This document shows positions 9,933 through 21,400 of a DNA stretch of 64,000 nucleotides, piece after piece. Within the stretch, counting starts at the first letter, position 1; each line of letters starts with the position of its first letter. Source of the stretch: an uncultured Chlamydiae bacterium (GTDB lineage: Bacteria; Chlamydiota; Chlamydiia; Chlamydiales; SM23-39); contig CAWHDP010000002.1 in NCBI GenBank assembly GCA_963828125.1, positions 928,001-992,000 on the forward strand, written 5' to 3'. Below the pieces are notes generated by a model, which worked only from the letters and a program-made list of their open reading frames with translations, was not told where the DNA came from and did no database searches. Made by a program: the position numbers and the translations under genes.

Positions 9933-10729
9933 CGATTGGCTACGACGGGACGAACTACTCTGGCTGGCAAGTGCAAAAGAATGCTCCATCGATCCAACCG
10001 CTCATTCAAAAAGCGCTCCAAACCGCTCTTCGCCACCCCCTCGATCTCACCGGCTCAAGCCGCACCGACGCCGGCGTCCATGCGCGGGGCCAAACCGCCC
10101 ATTTCGACACCGACCTCTCCCTGAATCCCGATCGGCTCCGCCTCTCGCTCAACGCCCTCCTTCCTCCAGACGTCCGGATTTTTGCAATCGATCCCGTTGC
10201 GATAGATTTCCACGCCAGATATAGCGCTCTCGCGAAAATCTACCATTACCATCTCCACAAAGGCCCCATTGCCGATCCATTCACCCAACTCTACCGGCAT
10301 CAGGTTTATGGCCCTTTCGACAGGGAGAGGTTAGAAGAGGGGGTCCGCCTGTTTTTGGGGACGCACGACTTCACCTCGTTTGCCAATACCAAAGAAAAGC
10401 CGGAAAAAGACGCTGTGCGAACCCTTTACAGACTCGATATCAAAGAGGAAAAGGGGGGATTAAGACTCGAATTTGAGGGAGATGGATTTCTCTACAAAAT
10501 GGTGCGAAATATTGTAGGGACGCTCCTCGACATAGCCGCTCGGAAAATCGAGCCGGACGAAATCGGGAAGATCTTTGCCGCCCGCGACCGGCGGAGAGCG
10601 GGCTCTACCGCCCCCTCGAAGGGGCTTTTCCTCATGGAAGTAGTGTACGAATCTCTTCGAACGATGCAAAATAAGTCCCCCCCTCTTGCAGCGCCATGTC
10701 GAGCAGCGGGTGGTGTTGAGGACAAATGA
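9917..10729 (+). CDS. truA: tRNA pseudouridine(38-40) synthase
   Basis: YDGTNYSGWQ; SSRTDAGVHA; GFLYKMVR. Confidence 0.96.
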   Translation: MRYKLTIGYDGTNYSGWQVQKNAPSIQPLIQKALQTALRHPLDLTGSSRTDAGVHARGQTAHFDTDLSLNPDRLRLSLNALLPPDVRIFAIDPVAIDFHARYSALAKIYHYHLHKGPIADPFTQLYRHQVYGPFDRERLEEGVRLFLGTHDFTSFANTKEKPEKDAVRTLYRLDIKEEKGGLRLEFEGDGFLYKMVRNIVGTLLDIAARKIEPDEIGKIFAARDRRRAGSTAPSKGLFLMEVVYESLRTMQNKSPPLAAPCRAAGGVEDK

Positions 10730-11303
10730 GCACCGGCAAGGCGGGGGTCCCTAGAAGGGCCTTGAGACCCCGGACGCTATCTTCAAAACCGACGATCCGG
10801 TCGCCCATTTTCCCATAGAGTTGGATCGCCTTCAGATAGCATTCTGGATTGGGCTTCGGTTTTTCATAATCTTCACGGGTGATCCATTGAGGAAGCGTCT
10901 GCAGCACAGGGATTTTTGAGCGGATCAGCGCCGTTTGCGCCAGCGCCGAATGGGTCACCACACACCGCCTGATTTTTGCCGCCTCAAGCGCCCTCAGCAA
11001 TTTTTCAACCCCAGGCATCAGCTCGATTTTGCCCGAAAGGATCAGCTCCAAGTAGGCCCCTTTTTTTTCTTCATACAAAATCGCCCAATTGGGCTCGAGG
11101 TCGGGGATCGCTGCATAAAGAGCCTCTCTCCAAGCAGATGAGTTATAATGGGCCAGTTCGCAAAAATTTGAGAAGCTCAAGTTCACCGAGTGGCCCCGTT
11201 TAGCCAGCGCATTGATATAGGCCTGATAATGGAGAGGCTCCGTATTGACCAAAAGGCCATCGAAATCGAATAAAAAAAGTTGAAAATCGTGGATCCATCG
11301 CAT
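10632..11303 (-). CDS. HAD family phosphatase
   Basis: FDFDGLLVNTE; KPKPNPE; FEDSVRG. Confidence 0.92.
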   Translation of the reverse strand: MRWIHDFQLFLFDFDGLLVNTEPLHYQAYINALAKRGHSVNLSFSNFCELAHYNSSAWREALYAAIPDLEPNWAILYEEKKGAYLELILSGKIELMPGVEKLLRALEAAKIRRCVVTHSALAQTALIRSKIPVLQTLPQWITREDYEKPKPNPECYLKAIQLYGKMGDRIVGFEDSVRGLKALLGTPALPVLICPQHHPLLDMALQEGGTYFASFEEIRTLLP

Positions 11304-11360
11304 GTTCCCTTTTTATCATATCCATTGTTAAAAAGCTCCTCAGAAATGTATAGAGGAGAC

Positions 11361-13231
11361 ATGGAAGCCAAGAAGATTAATTACCTCTATTTTGGAGCCC
11401 TCTTTCTCCTCCTCACCCTTCTCGCCTCGAGCAGCATCTTTACCAAAGAAAACATCAGCGGCTCTCAACCTTTTTTTTTCTCTACGCCCTCGGCCAAGCG
11501 ACAATGGAAATCCTCCTCCTCACCGCCCTTAGCCTGTTTATTCCCCGTTATTTCGGCAAACTCTTTTTCAATATGTTCATCGGCTGCACCTTTTTCATCC
11601 TCTTCTTCCACATTGCCGATTTTCTTATGGACCGGATCCTCGATCTGACCGTTTGGGCCGCCCTCAGGATCTTTATCTTTGATGAGAACCTCCAAAACTT
11701 CCTCTATCTTCTCGACGCAACCGGCGTCTCGCTTTGGATCTGGGTTCTCACTCTCGCTCTCATCCTCACCCTCCCCTTGATCGGCGTCTTCCTCTATAGA
11801 ATCACCGACGCCCTCTGCCAAAAAAAGTCGCTTTCTGTGACAAACGGCCAGTTTCTGCAGGCCTTTATCTGCATCCCGACCGCCCTCCTTTGCTGGGAAT
11901 TTTCGGTCTCGAATGTGATCCACCCCGACGCCTACACAGCCTTTATCAAATCGCTTCCTTGGAAATTCACAATCCTTCAGCCTAAAAACGTCCTCCTCAA
12001 CCTCCGAGGGCCCTTGGAGGCCCCCCTTGCCCACACAACCGCAGAGCGGGCCATCGATCAAGATCAGACTGTTCTCGCTGCAAAACCCAATATTTATCTA
12101 TTCGTCGTTGAGAGCTTACGCGAAGACTCGATCACCCCCGAAATTGCTCCTCACCTCGCCCAATTTAAAACCCAAGCCGCCCATTTTGAGCAAGCCGTCT
12201 CCAATGGAAACGGAACCCACCTCTCATGGTTTTCGATCTTCCACTCCCAATTCCCCTATCATTGGAAACATTTCCAGGAGCATTGGCCCATAGGGAGTTT
12301 GCCTCTAGCTTTTTTGAAAAAATGGGGCTATCAAATCCGCCTCTACAGCTCCGCAGAGCTCGGCTACTACGGGATGGATGAGCTCCTCTTTGGCAAAGAA
12401 CTTCACCTCCTCGCCTCTAGGCAACTCTTCCACCGCCCTCCCCCCTTCACTCCGGCAGATTCCGATAAAGCCGCCCTTTTCAAACTTCAAGAAGATATCC
12501 AGAGCGACCCTGCCTTGCAGCAAGGCCAAGTGTTCATTATCTTTTGGGACGGCACCCACTTCGATTACAGTCTTCCGAAAGACTGGACGCCCCCGTTCAC
12601 ACCCTCTGCCCAAGGATTTGTCTATTTTCAAGCCTTTCACTCCCAAAAAGCGATCCGCTCGATCTTAAATCGGTATCACAACGCCGTCCATCACATGGAT
12701 CAGCTCTTTGGCCATTTCCTCGAACACCTCCCCAATAAAGAAGAGGCGATCATCCTCTTCACAGGCGACCATGGCCAAGAATTCTTTGAACACGGACACA
12801 TCTTTCACAACTCGCACCTCACCCGCGAGCAGACACACATCCCCCTCTATCTCAAATTGGGAAGAGAATCAGGGAAAATCATCGACCGACCCCTCGTCTC
12901 GCAGATGGATCTTTTCCCCACCCTCCTCGCACACCTCAGCGGCTCATCGCCCATCCTCCTCGAAGGGAACTCGCTCTTAGAGCCACCAAAGTGGCCCTAC
13001 GCGATCACGGCCCGATTCAATGCCGGCCGGACGCCCTACGAATTTGCCATCCATAACGGCAAGCATAAGATGATTGCCCAATTTCTGAACCGAAAGGAGA
13101 TTTTAAAAGCGAAACATCTACGGATGATCTCGTTAAGGACAAACAAGGACGCGAGCGTCAATGAAAGAAAGGTTGAAGCATGGGTCGATCAAGAATTCGG
13201 CCCCGCGCTGCAAAGGTTATTTGACGAATAA
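11361..13231 (+). CDS. Membrane-anchored sulfatase-like (YejM/PbgA-like) protein, frameshifted in a T9 tract
   Basis: Start MEAKKINYLYF (SD GAGGAG) matches paralog 14654 (INYLYF); one extra T in 11471-11479 restores LYALGQA and joins ORF 11504-13231; VESLRED, GTHFDY, TGDHGQEF. Confidence 0.8.
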
Positions 13232-14596
13232 ATTGTGGAGTTGGTTGAGTAAATCGTTGATTTGATCGAGCCCCACTTTCCTCTGCTGTTCGACGCCTGA
13301 CACATCAAATAACAGCACCGTTGGCATTGCCTTCACATGATAAGCCGCGCTCAAACCATCGAATTTATCAACATTGACTTTTAAAAACTTGACTTTCCCA
13401 GCGAGCTGACTCGCCGAAGAATCGATCACAGGAGAGATCCTCTTGCAAGGGCCGCACCAGGTCGCATAAAAATCGACAAGGACCGGAATATCGCTGGTCG
13501 CAAGCTCATGCTCAAACTGCTCAATCGACACAACCTCAATCACCTCGCTCTCCTGGGCGAGAGGCTGCAGAGGTTTCTCTTTCACTGCGAGCAGGTTCAC
13601 CTGGTCGGAAAGATACTGCTGGGCCTGCAACGCGGCTTTGGAGCCATCGCCCGCGGCGGTAATCGCCTGTTTATAGACCGGATCGACGATATCCCCGATC
13701 GCATAGACCCCTTTGATCGAAGTCTCCTGATCTTTGCTGAGAACAATATAGCCCTTTGGATCGAGCTTTAGGGCGCTTTTAAACATCGCGCTATTTGGGG
13801 TGGAGCCGATAGCGAGGAATACTCCATCTAAAGCAAGCGACCTCTTTTTCCCTTCTTTTTGCACCACAACGCCAGTGACGCTTCCCCCATCTCCCTTCAC
13901 CTCTTCGACCGACGTGTTGTAATAAAACTCCACATTCGGCTTTTCGCGGAGCGCCGCCACTCGCCTCTCTTCATTCGCTTTGAGTTCCCCTTTTCGGATA
14001 AAGAGGTGAACCTTTTTTGCGATATTGGATAGGTAGAGCGCCTCGAGGATCGCCGAATCGCCGCCGCCGACGACGCCGACGACTTTATTTTTGTAGAGCG
14101 AGCCGTCGCAAATCGCGCAATTCGTCACGCCCCTGCCCCAATACTCTTGCTCGCCCGGGACGCCGAGGAAATTCGGCGTGGTTCCGGTGGCGATGATGCA
14201 GCTTTCGGCTTTGATTTGGCGGAGATCGCCGCTCCCATCGAGCGGGCGAGTCGTGATGAGCAAAGGGCGCTCTGAAAAATCGACGCTCACCACCTCTTCG
14301 GATAGAAATCGGGCCCCGTTCGCCTCGGCTTGCGCCCGCATTTTTTCGGTCAGCTCGGCCCCGTGGATCTCCATCTCGCCGGGCCAGTTCTGAACCGAGT
14401 GAGATTGCGTCAGAAGTCCGCCGGGCGTCGGCCCCTCGATCACGATGGGCGACAGTCCCGCCCGTCCTAAATAAATGGCGGAGGTCAGAGAGCCGACCCC
14501 CCCGCCTAAAATGACAACAGGTTCAGACCCCTCTCCGCTCATTCCCATGAGCGGCAGAGCCAACGCGACTAAAAATGATTTGAATCGATGAATCAT
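13217..14596 (-). CDS. trxB: Thioredoxin reductase-thioredoxin fusion (NTRC-like architecture) with N-terminal hydrophobic leader
   Basis: VVILGGG FAD motif, CAIC, GGGDSA, AIGD, C-terminal WCGPC; start MIHRFK with GGAGG SD. Confidence 0.9.
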   Translation of the reverse strand: MIHRFKSFLVALALPLMGMSGEGSEPVVILGGGVGSLTSAIYLGRAGLSPIVIEGPTPGGLLTQSHSVQNWPGEMEIHGAELTEKMRAQAEANGARFLSEEVVSVDFSERPLLITTRPLDGSGDLRQIKAESCIIATGTTPNFLGVPGEQEYWGRGVTNCAICDGSLYKNKVVGVVGGGDSAILEALYLSNIAKKVHLFIRKGELKANEERRVAALREKPNVEFYYNTSVEEVKGDGGSVTGVVVQKEGKKRSLALDGVFLAIGSTPNSAMFKSALKLDPKGYIVLSKDQETSIKGVYAIGDIVDPVYKQAITAAGDGSKAALQAQQYLSDQVNLLAVKEKPLQPLAQESEVIEVVSIEQFEHELATSDIPVLVDFYATWCGPCKRISPVIDSSASQLAGKVKFLKVNVDKFDGLSAAYHVKAMPTVLLFDVSGVEQQRKVGLDQINDLLNQLHNLFVK

Positions 14597-14653
14597 AAGG
14601 CCCTCCATTAAAACCGATTTCACCCTTAATGTCAACTTTGCTAAAGTGTCGGT

Positions 14654-16441
14654 ATGAAGGTCTTTTTTCAAAAATATTTCGGCCAAAAATCTGAAATCAA
14701 CTACCTCTATTTTAGCGCTTTCCTCATCTTTCTCACGACATTGACCCTCTCCTACGATAGCGTCCCCCTCTTCTTTCTCCTGTACGCGATCGGCCAAGCG
14801 CTCCTCGAAGTCTCCCTCTTTGTATTGATCGCAGCGATCCTCAAACGGTGGGCGCCCCGCTGGGTCTACCTCGTTTTCATCGGCATTTCCTTTCTCCTCA
14901 TGCTGCTGCACTTCACCCATTTCATCATGGTTCGTCTCATGGACGCGACGATCGTCTATATCTTTAAGTTTTTATTCGGATCCGGCCTCAATCATCTCAT
15001 CGCCGGTTTTCAAGCGCTCAATATGAATTGGACCATGATCGCAATGATCATAGCGACCATCCTCATTCTTCCCGTAGCCGGCCTTGGTTTTTATTGGCTC
15101 ACTTACCGAATGACGAACAAAAAACCGCTCCATATTTCCCTCTCGCACATCGCCCTCACTGTCGCCGTTTTGGGAACCGCCCTCTTTCTCCTCGACCTCA
15201 TCGCCCAGCCCTATCTCAATAAAAACGACTACTCCAAATACCAAAAGACCCTCCCCCTTGGCACGACCTTCCTCACTCCTCACGCCAAATACCTCTCCCT
15301 TTCCGCACCGTTCCCCCCCTTTCGGGATGAGGAGACGACCCTCCGCGCCTTGCCCCAAGCCACCCTTAAACACCTCCCGAACGTCTATCTGTTTGTGATT
15401 GAAACCTTCCGGCGCGATTATCTCTATGCAGCGCCCCACTTGAGCGCCTTCGGGGCCCAGAACATCGCGTTTTCCAACTCCTTTGCCAACGCGAACTCGA
15501 CCCATCTCTCCTGGTTTGCGATTTTTCACGCCGACGTCCCCCTCCATTGGGCCTCGATGAGAGACGCATGGACTCATGGGAGCATCCCCCTCCAGCTCCT
15601 CAAGAACCTAGGCTACCGCACTTCGGTCTATTCATCCGCCGACCTCCGTTATTTCAATATGGACAAACTGATTTTCGGCGCCCATCGAGAACTCGCTAAC
15701 CCCATTGAGGAATATACCTTGGATCGGACGTTGGAGCCCTGCGAGAGAGACGCCCTCGCTTTCCAGTCATTGAAGCGGGATCTAGCCCCCGAAGGGCGCC
15801 TCTACCTGATTTTTCTCGACTCGACCCATTCTGAATACAGTTTCCCCAAAGATTTTCCCCTCCAATACCAGCCGATTGCCAAAGAGATCGACTATCTCAC
15901 CATTGGACCCAAAAGCCCCGAACTCGAGCTCATCAAAAACCGGTACCGGAACGCGATTGGCTACATTGACAGTTTAATGGGGAACTTTTTCGCTCTCCTC
16001 AAAGAACAAAACCTCTACGATGATGCGATCATTGCCATCACAGGGGATCATGGCGAAGAATTTTTCGAAGAGGGGGCCCTCTTTCACGGCACCCATTTAA
16101 ATCACTATCAAACCGCCGTCCCCCTCCTCCTCAAATTCCCCTCCAAAGAGTGGATTCCTCAAAGAGATGAGGCGACCCACATGGATCTATTCCCGTCCAT
16201 CCTCCATTACCTCACCAAGCAAAGCGATTTTACCTCCTTATTCGACGGCCATTCTGTTTTTAGCCTAAAACAGCCTCCCTATCGGATCGCAGTGCTCCAA
16301 AACGGCCCCGACACCCCCCTCGAGTTCTATCTCGAAAAACCAGAAATAAAGCTCCACGCCCGTTTCGTCGACCCCTCAAAACTGGAAATCATTGACCTAC
16401 AAGGCCCGTTCGATCCACACATTCTTGAAACGGACAAATAG
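14654..16441 (+). CDS. Membrane-anchored sulfatase-like (YejM-like) protein, paralog
   Basis: Several N-terminal TMs; IETFRRD; STHSEY; TGDHGEEF. Confidence 0.85.
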   Translation: MKVFFQKYFGQKSEINYLYFSAFLIFLTTLTLSYDSVPLFFLLYAIGQALLEVSLFVLIAAILKRWAPRWVYLVFIGISFLLMLLHFTHFIMVRLMDATIVYIFKFLFGSGLNHLIAGFQALNMNWTMIAMIIATILILPVAGLGFYWLTYRMTNKKPLHISLSHIALTVAVLGTALFLLDLIAQPYLNKNDYSKYQKTLPLGTTFLTPHAKYLSLSAPFPPFRDEETTLRALPQATLKHLPNVYLFVIETFRRDYLYAAPHLSAFGAQNIAFSNSFANANSTHLSWFAIFHADVPLHWASMRDAWTHGSIPLQLLKNLGYRTSVYSSADLRYFNMDKLIFGAHRELANPIEEYTLDRTLEPCERDALAFQSLKRDLAPEGRLYLIFLDSTHSEYSFPKDFPLQYQPIAKEIDYLTIGPKSPELELIKNRYRNAIGYIDSLMGNFFALLKEQNLYDDAIIAITGDHGEEFFEEGALFHGTHLNHYQTAVPLLLKFPSKEWIPQRDEATHMDLFPSILHYLTKQSDFTSLFDGHSVFSLKQPPYRIAVLQNGPDTPLEFYLEKPEIKLHARFVDPSKLEIIDLQGPFDPHILETDK

Positions 16442-16442
16442 A

Positions 16443-16491
16443 GCCAATTTTATTTAGAGTGGGTTTTTGTACCCATCTAAATAAAATTGGC
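16443..16491. terminator. Long inverted repeat between convergent genes
   Basis: gccaattttatttaga(g)tgggt-ttttgt-acccatctaaataaaattggc. Confidence 0.7.
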
Positions 16492-16501
16492 GCGCTGATG
16501 A

Positions 16502-17470
16502 TTAGCAATATTCTGGAGGAAGAGGGATAGAAGTCAGCTTGCGGAAATGAGTCACCGCTTGTTGCGGCACTCGCGAGTTGACCTTGATGAAGTCATTCAA
16601 GAAAGGCTCTGCCCAATCTCTCATTTGTCCATAAGTAGCCTTCTCCTCCTGTCCCAACGCTTTGAACTTCATGCCGAGCTCTTTGAGAAGCAAGATACCG
16701 TCTTGCAGGGGCTCTATTTCGTTGGTATAAGTAGAGGCAATATAGGTTTGAAGAGTGTCGTTGGTGTTGAGAAGTTTTGCATTGTCCCGAACCAAATGAC
16801 TATTTTCAATCTCTTTCGCTTTTCTCCCATTTTCGTACTTATTTGCGGTAGCCCGATACTCAGCAGAGAGATTCTTGATTGCGCCGTTGCAAAGTTCCTC
16901 CACACACCCGTTCTTAGATGCAATTTCAGTCCCATCGGCATTTTTTAGACCGTATTTCTTGATCAACCACGCCCAATCTTGATGGCGATTTGCCACCTCA
17001 GCATGAGAATAGTCGGTCTCGACATCTTCGGCTCTGCCAAACCAATAGTCCCGATTTTTCTTATTGTAAAAAGCGTCTACAGTGTTTTGCTTGATTTGGA
17101 GTTCATGTTTTTTGATTTCCGCTCTGTTTTTCTCAATCCTATCTTCCCAGAGCGTGATCCGTTTCTGGTATTGTTGGATGGCAGCAACCTCCTCTTCAAT
17201 GAGAATCCCCACCTCATAGAGCATCTTTTCAACCATATTGACCGACCCGATCAACCGGTCCGAATTGAGCGGCAAAAATGCGCCCGGATCAACGAGACGG
17301 TTCTGCGGCACTTCCCCGAGAAAGTAACTTTGACCATCGATACTCTCGTCTACATTCTTTAGATTTCTTGTACTTGGTTCCATTGTTTCAGCTTTCCCCC
17401 CCTCTTGGACTGGGAGAGTAGCCATGGGATCAAACCCTGGGTTCATATCGATTTCTTGGCTATCAGACAT
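16502..17470 (-). CDS. Hypothetical coiled-coil protein
   Basis: 322-aa ORF with AGGAG SD; no recognised motif. Confidence 0.75.
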   Translation of the reverse strand: MSDSQEIDMNPGFDPMATLPVQEGGKAETMEPSTRNLKNVDESIDGQSYFLGEVPQNRLVDPGAFLPLNSDRLIGSVNMVEKMLYEVGILIEEEVAAIQQYQKRITLWEDRIEKNRAEIKKHELQIKQNTVDAFYNKKNRDYWFGRAEDVETDYSHAEVANRHQDWAWLIKKYGLKNADGTEIASKNGCVEELCNGAIKNLSAEYRATANKYENGRKAKEIENSHLVRDNAKLLNTNDTLQTYIASTYTNEIEPLQDGILLLKELGMKFKALGQEEKATYGQMRDWAEPFLNDFIKVNSRVPQQAVTHFRKLTSIPLPPEYC

Positions 17471-17597
17471 TGTTGTTCTCCTTTCTTCGCCTGGCGAGCG
17501 GTGGATAACTACGCTCTTATTGCTAATTGTACATAATAATATTTTAATTACAATTAATTATTAAAAAAATGTATCAACTAGACTTAAAGGCAACAAC

Positions 17598-17837
17598 TTA
17601 ATTAATTATTCTAGATCTTTGATTGTCTACAGCTTTCCCAAGGGGAAAAAGCGGAGATAGGGAAAGGGCAAAGAAGGCGGCAATGATAAACCACTGAGCG
17701 CCTAGGGCATAGGATAATACCATACCTAGAAACATAAGAGTTGCAACGGCGATAAGGATGTTTTTTTTTCTTTGCGGAGGATCAAAAAACCCAACTTTTT
17801 TATTTGCAACAGAATGTGATTGTATAGATGGAGTCAT
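17598..17837 (-). CDS. Small two-TM (Inc-like) protein
   Basis: ILIAVATLMFLGMVLSYALGAQWFIIAAFFALSLSPLF bilobed hydrophobic stretch. Confidence 0.6.
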   Translation of the reverse strand: MTPSIQSHSVANKKVGFFDPPQRKKNILIAVATLMFLGMVLSYALGAQWFIIAAFFALSLSPLFPLGKAVDNQRSRIIN

Positions 17838-17872
17838 CTATGCATTATACAACAATTGAGTGTATTATCAAA

Positions 17873-18433
17873 CTAAACTGTTTTCTGTTCATTCCATAGA
17901 GCGATGACTGGGATCCCCTTTTCATAGCTTAAAACACTTAACGAGGAGACGGATAAGAGCAAATGGCTCCCCATCAAAGGTTCTAAGCCGAGAAAACGGG
18001 CAGCTAGGAGGCGCAAAAAATGGCCGTGGGAAAAGAGGGCGATATTGCCTTTATAGTGCGAAATTTTTTTTAAAACTCGATCAGCTCGAGCCGCGGCCTC
18101 TGCTGGAGACTCTCCGTGGGGGGCCCCGTCCTTAAAGATATTCCAGCCTGGATTTATTTTTTGAATTTCCAAACTTGTGATCCCTTCATAATCGCCGTAG
18201 CGCCACTCTTCCAGATCTACATCGACCTCCGGATCCATTCCATGGCAGCTTTCCAGAGCCCGGATCCTAGGGCTTGAAAAAACCCGTTCAAACGGAATGT
18301 TTTCCAATCGCTGTCTCAATTGAGCCGCCTCTTCCCTCCCCTTTTGCGTCAAAGGGACGTCGGTTTTTCCGGTATGTTGCCCCGACAAAGTCCACTCGGT
18401 CTCTCCATGTCTACACAGATAAATCCGTTTCAT
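17873..18433 (-). CDS. Histidine phosphatase (PGM family)
   Basis: RHGETEW; SSPRIRA; SHG. Confidence 0.92.
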   Translation of the reverse strand: MKRIYLCRHGETEWTLSGQHTGKTDVPLTQKGREEAAQLRQRLENIPFERVFSSPRIRALESCHGMDPEVDVDLEEWRYGDYEGITSLEIQKINPGWNIFKDGAPHGESPAEAAARADRVLKKISHYKGNIALFSHGHFLRLLAARFLGLEPLMGSHLLLSVSSLSVLSYEKGIPVIALWNEQKTV

Positions 18434-21400
18434 CTATACCTTGTATATTGAGATGTAGGTCTCCTCGCCGTTCAAATCCCACGGGGTTCCCTCACACTTT
18501 CCGAACTCCACATCTATGGCTAATACCTCATGGGCGATATAATCGCGATATTTTGCGAAACAAGCGACCACCCGCGGGGTGGTCTGCATGACGATGCGAA
18601 TCCGGTCGATGACCTCGAATGCCAAGTCCCTTCGCATCGAATTGACCTTATTGACGATCTCTCTAGCGAGCCCCTCCTCAATGAGTTCGTCATTGAGCGC
18701 CGTATCCAAAGCGACCGTAAGCTCTCCCTGATTGCCAGCCGCCATCCCTTCGCGCACCCTCCGTTCGATCTGGACATCCCCCGGCTCCAATTCGACCCTC
18801 TCTCCGCCGATCTCGATGTTGAGCCTGTGTCCCATGGCAAGCGTCTGGATCTGTTTTCGATCGAACCCTTGCATGATTTTTTGCGCGAGAGGGATTAATT
18901 TGCCGATTTTTTTGCCTAGAACAGGGAAATTTGGCTTGACCAACCATTGGACAAAATCCCCCTCTTCGCTATGGAACTGAATTTCTTTCACATTCAGTTC
19001 ATCGGCGATCAATTGCTTCTGCTTGGCCAGTGAGGCGAGGAGCTCCCGATTTGAAGTGATCAAATGGGCCTTTGCGAGGGGCTGGCGAACCTTTAATTTG
19101 TATTCCTTTCGGAGCGTATGGCCTAGACTCACCGCCGCTTGCGCCGCCTCTACCTCTTTTTCGAGTTCCACGTCCCGCAGCCCCTCATCGTATTTTGGGA
19201 ACTCCGACAAGTGGACCGATTCCATCTTATCGTCAGTCCGCAATTCCCGGTAGATCGCATCGCTTAAAAACGGAATGAACGGCGCAGCGACCCGGCTCAA
19301 GGTCATAAGAACTTCGTAGAGCGTCTCAAATGCCGCCCTCCGGTCTGGAGAGTCATCATCCGCCCAAAATCGACCGCGGCACCTCCGGATATACCAATTC
19401 GTTAATTGATCGACGAAACCGACGAGCGGTTCAACCGCCCTATTTAGATCGTACGCCTCCATCCCCCCCTCGACCTTCCGCACTAACGCTTGCGTCATTG
19501 ACAAGATCCATCGGTCGATGAGCGCCTCAGGACGTTTGGCGCGACCCGGCTTCCAATGGTAGATCTTGGCATACGTCGACAAGAAGACAAACGAGTTCCA
19601 AAATGGGATGAGAACCCCTCTGAGTACATGTTCGACCCCCTTCTCTGCAAACCGTAAATCTTCCGCTCTCACCGCAGGGCTATTGAGCATATAGAGCCTG
19701 ATCGCATCGGCCCCGTATTTGTTAATGACCCCCTCCGGATCGGGGTAATTCTTGAGCCGTTTAGACATTTTATTTCCATCTTCGGCCAAAATGATCCCAT
19801 TGACGATAATGTTTTTGAACGCCGGCTTTTTGAAGAGCGCGGCCGACAATACGGTCAACGTGTAGAACCAACCCCTGGTTTGATCGATCCCCTCCGCGAT
19901 GAAATCGGCCGGAAAACTCTCCTCAAACTCTCTCTTGTTTTCGAACGGATAGTGATTTTGCGCATAGGGCATCGAACCCGACTCGAACCAGCAATCGAAC
20001 ACCTCTGGAATCCTCTCGAATTTCTGTCCCTCTTGCACAAACGTCAAATCATCGATATTGTGCCTATGTAGATCATCGATTTTTTGGCCCGTCAACCGCT
20101 CCAACTCCTCGAGGCTTTTCACGACCACTACATCGCCCTTGTCACCCCTCCAGATTGGGATCGGGGTTCCCCAGTACCGATTTCTGCTGATCGCCCAATC
20201 CCTTGCGTTTTCGAGCCATTTGCCGAACCGCCCATCTTTGATATGGCCCGGAACCCAATGAATTTCTCGATTCGCCTCTAACAGACGGTCCTTGATTTTT
20301 TCCACAGCGACAAACCAAGTCCGAACCGCCTTGTAAATCAGCGGCGTATCGGAGCGCCAGCAGAAAGGGTATCTATGCCGAACCGTCCCCTGGTAAAAAA
20401 GGGCCCCTGTTTTTTTTAATTCCCGGGCGATTTCTTTATCCGCATCTTTGACCAACAGACCCGTCCAAAGAGGCGCCTCAGCCGTGAACCGCCCATTGTT
20501 ATCGACCGGACAAACCAATTCGATCCCCTCCCTTTTACAAGCGAAAAAGTCCATTTCTCCAAAGGCCGGCGCTGCATGGACGACCCCCGTCCCATCCTCG
20601 ACGGAGACCCCCGCCTCCAAAATCACCCTAAAGCCGTTCCGATCGGCGAAGAACGGAAAGAGCGGCTTATACCGCACCGCAGCGAGCCCCGTCCCTTTTT
20701 TCCGCTCGATGATCTCAGCCCCATCCTGGAAATAGACCCCGAGTCTTGCCTCGGCGAGCCAGTAGAATTTCCCCTCCCGCTTCACCTTCACGTATTCGAT
20801 CTCTGGACCCACCATCAGCGCCAAATTCGAAGGGAGCGTCCAAGGAGTCGTCGTCCAAGCGAGAATATAGGTATGAGGATCTCCGATCACCTCAAACGCC
20901 ACAACGAGGGACGGGTCATCGACGTCCTGGTAATTCAAATTAGCCTCAAAATTCGAAATCGGCGTCCCCAGCTTCATGGAGAAGGGCATCACCTTGAACC
21001 CCTCATAGACCAATCCCTCCCGCCATAATTGACTAAACACCCACCAGACACTCTCCATGAACGGCAGATCCATCGTCCTGTACGTATGGGTAAAATCGAC
21101 CCACCGCCCCATCCTGTCGACCGTTTTTTTCCATTCTCCAGTATACCTGAGGACAATGCCCCTACACTCCTCATTGAATTTGGCAATTCCGAAACTCTCA
21201 ATCGCGCTCGCCCCCGAGAGCTCTTTCGCCTTTTCGATCTCATTTTCGATCGGCAAACCATGGCAATCCCAGCCGAAGCGCCTTGGAACCCTGAACCCCT
21301 TCATCGTTTTATAGCGAGGGATCACATCTTTGATCGTCCCAGCCAGCAAGTGACCGTAATGGGGCAGTCCCGTTGCGAACGGCGGCCCGTCGTAGAAAGA

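Noticed and set aside
14597..14920. N-terminal extension of the trxB ORF
   Set aside because: Overlaps the opposite-strand gene 14654; a better start with SD exists at 14596
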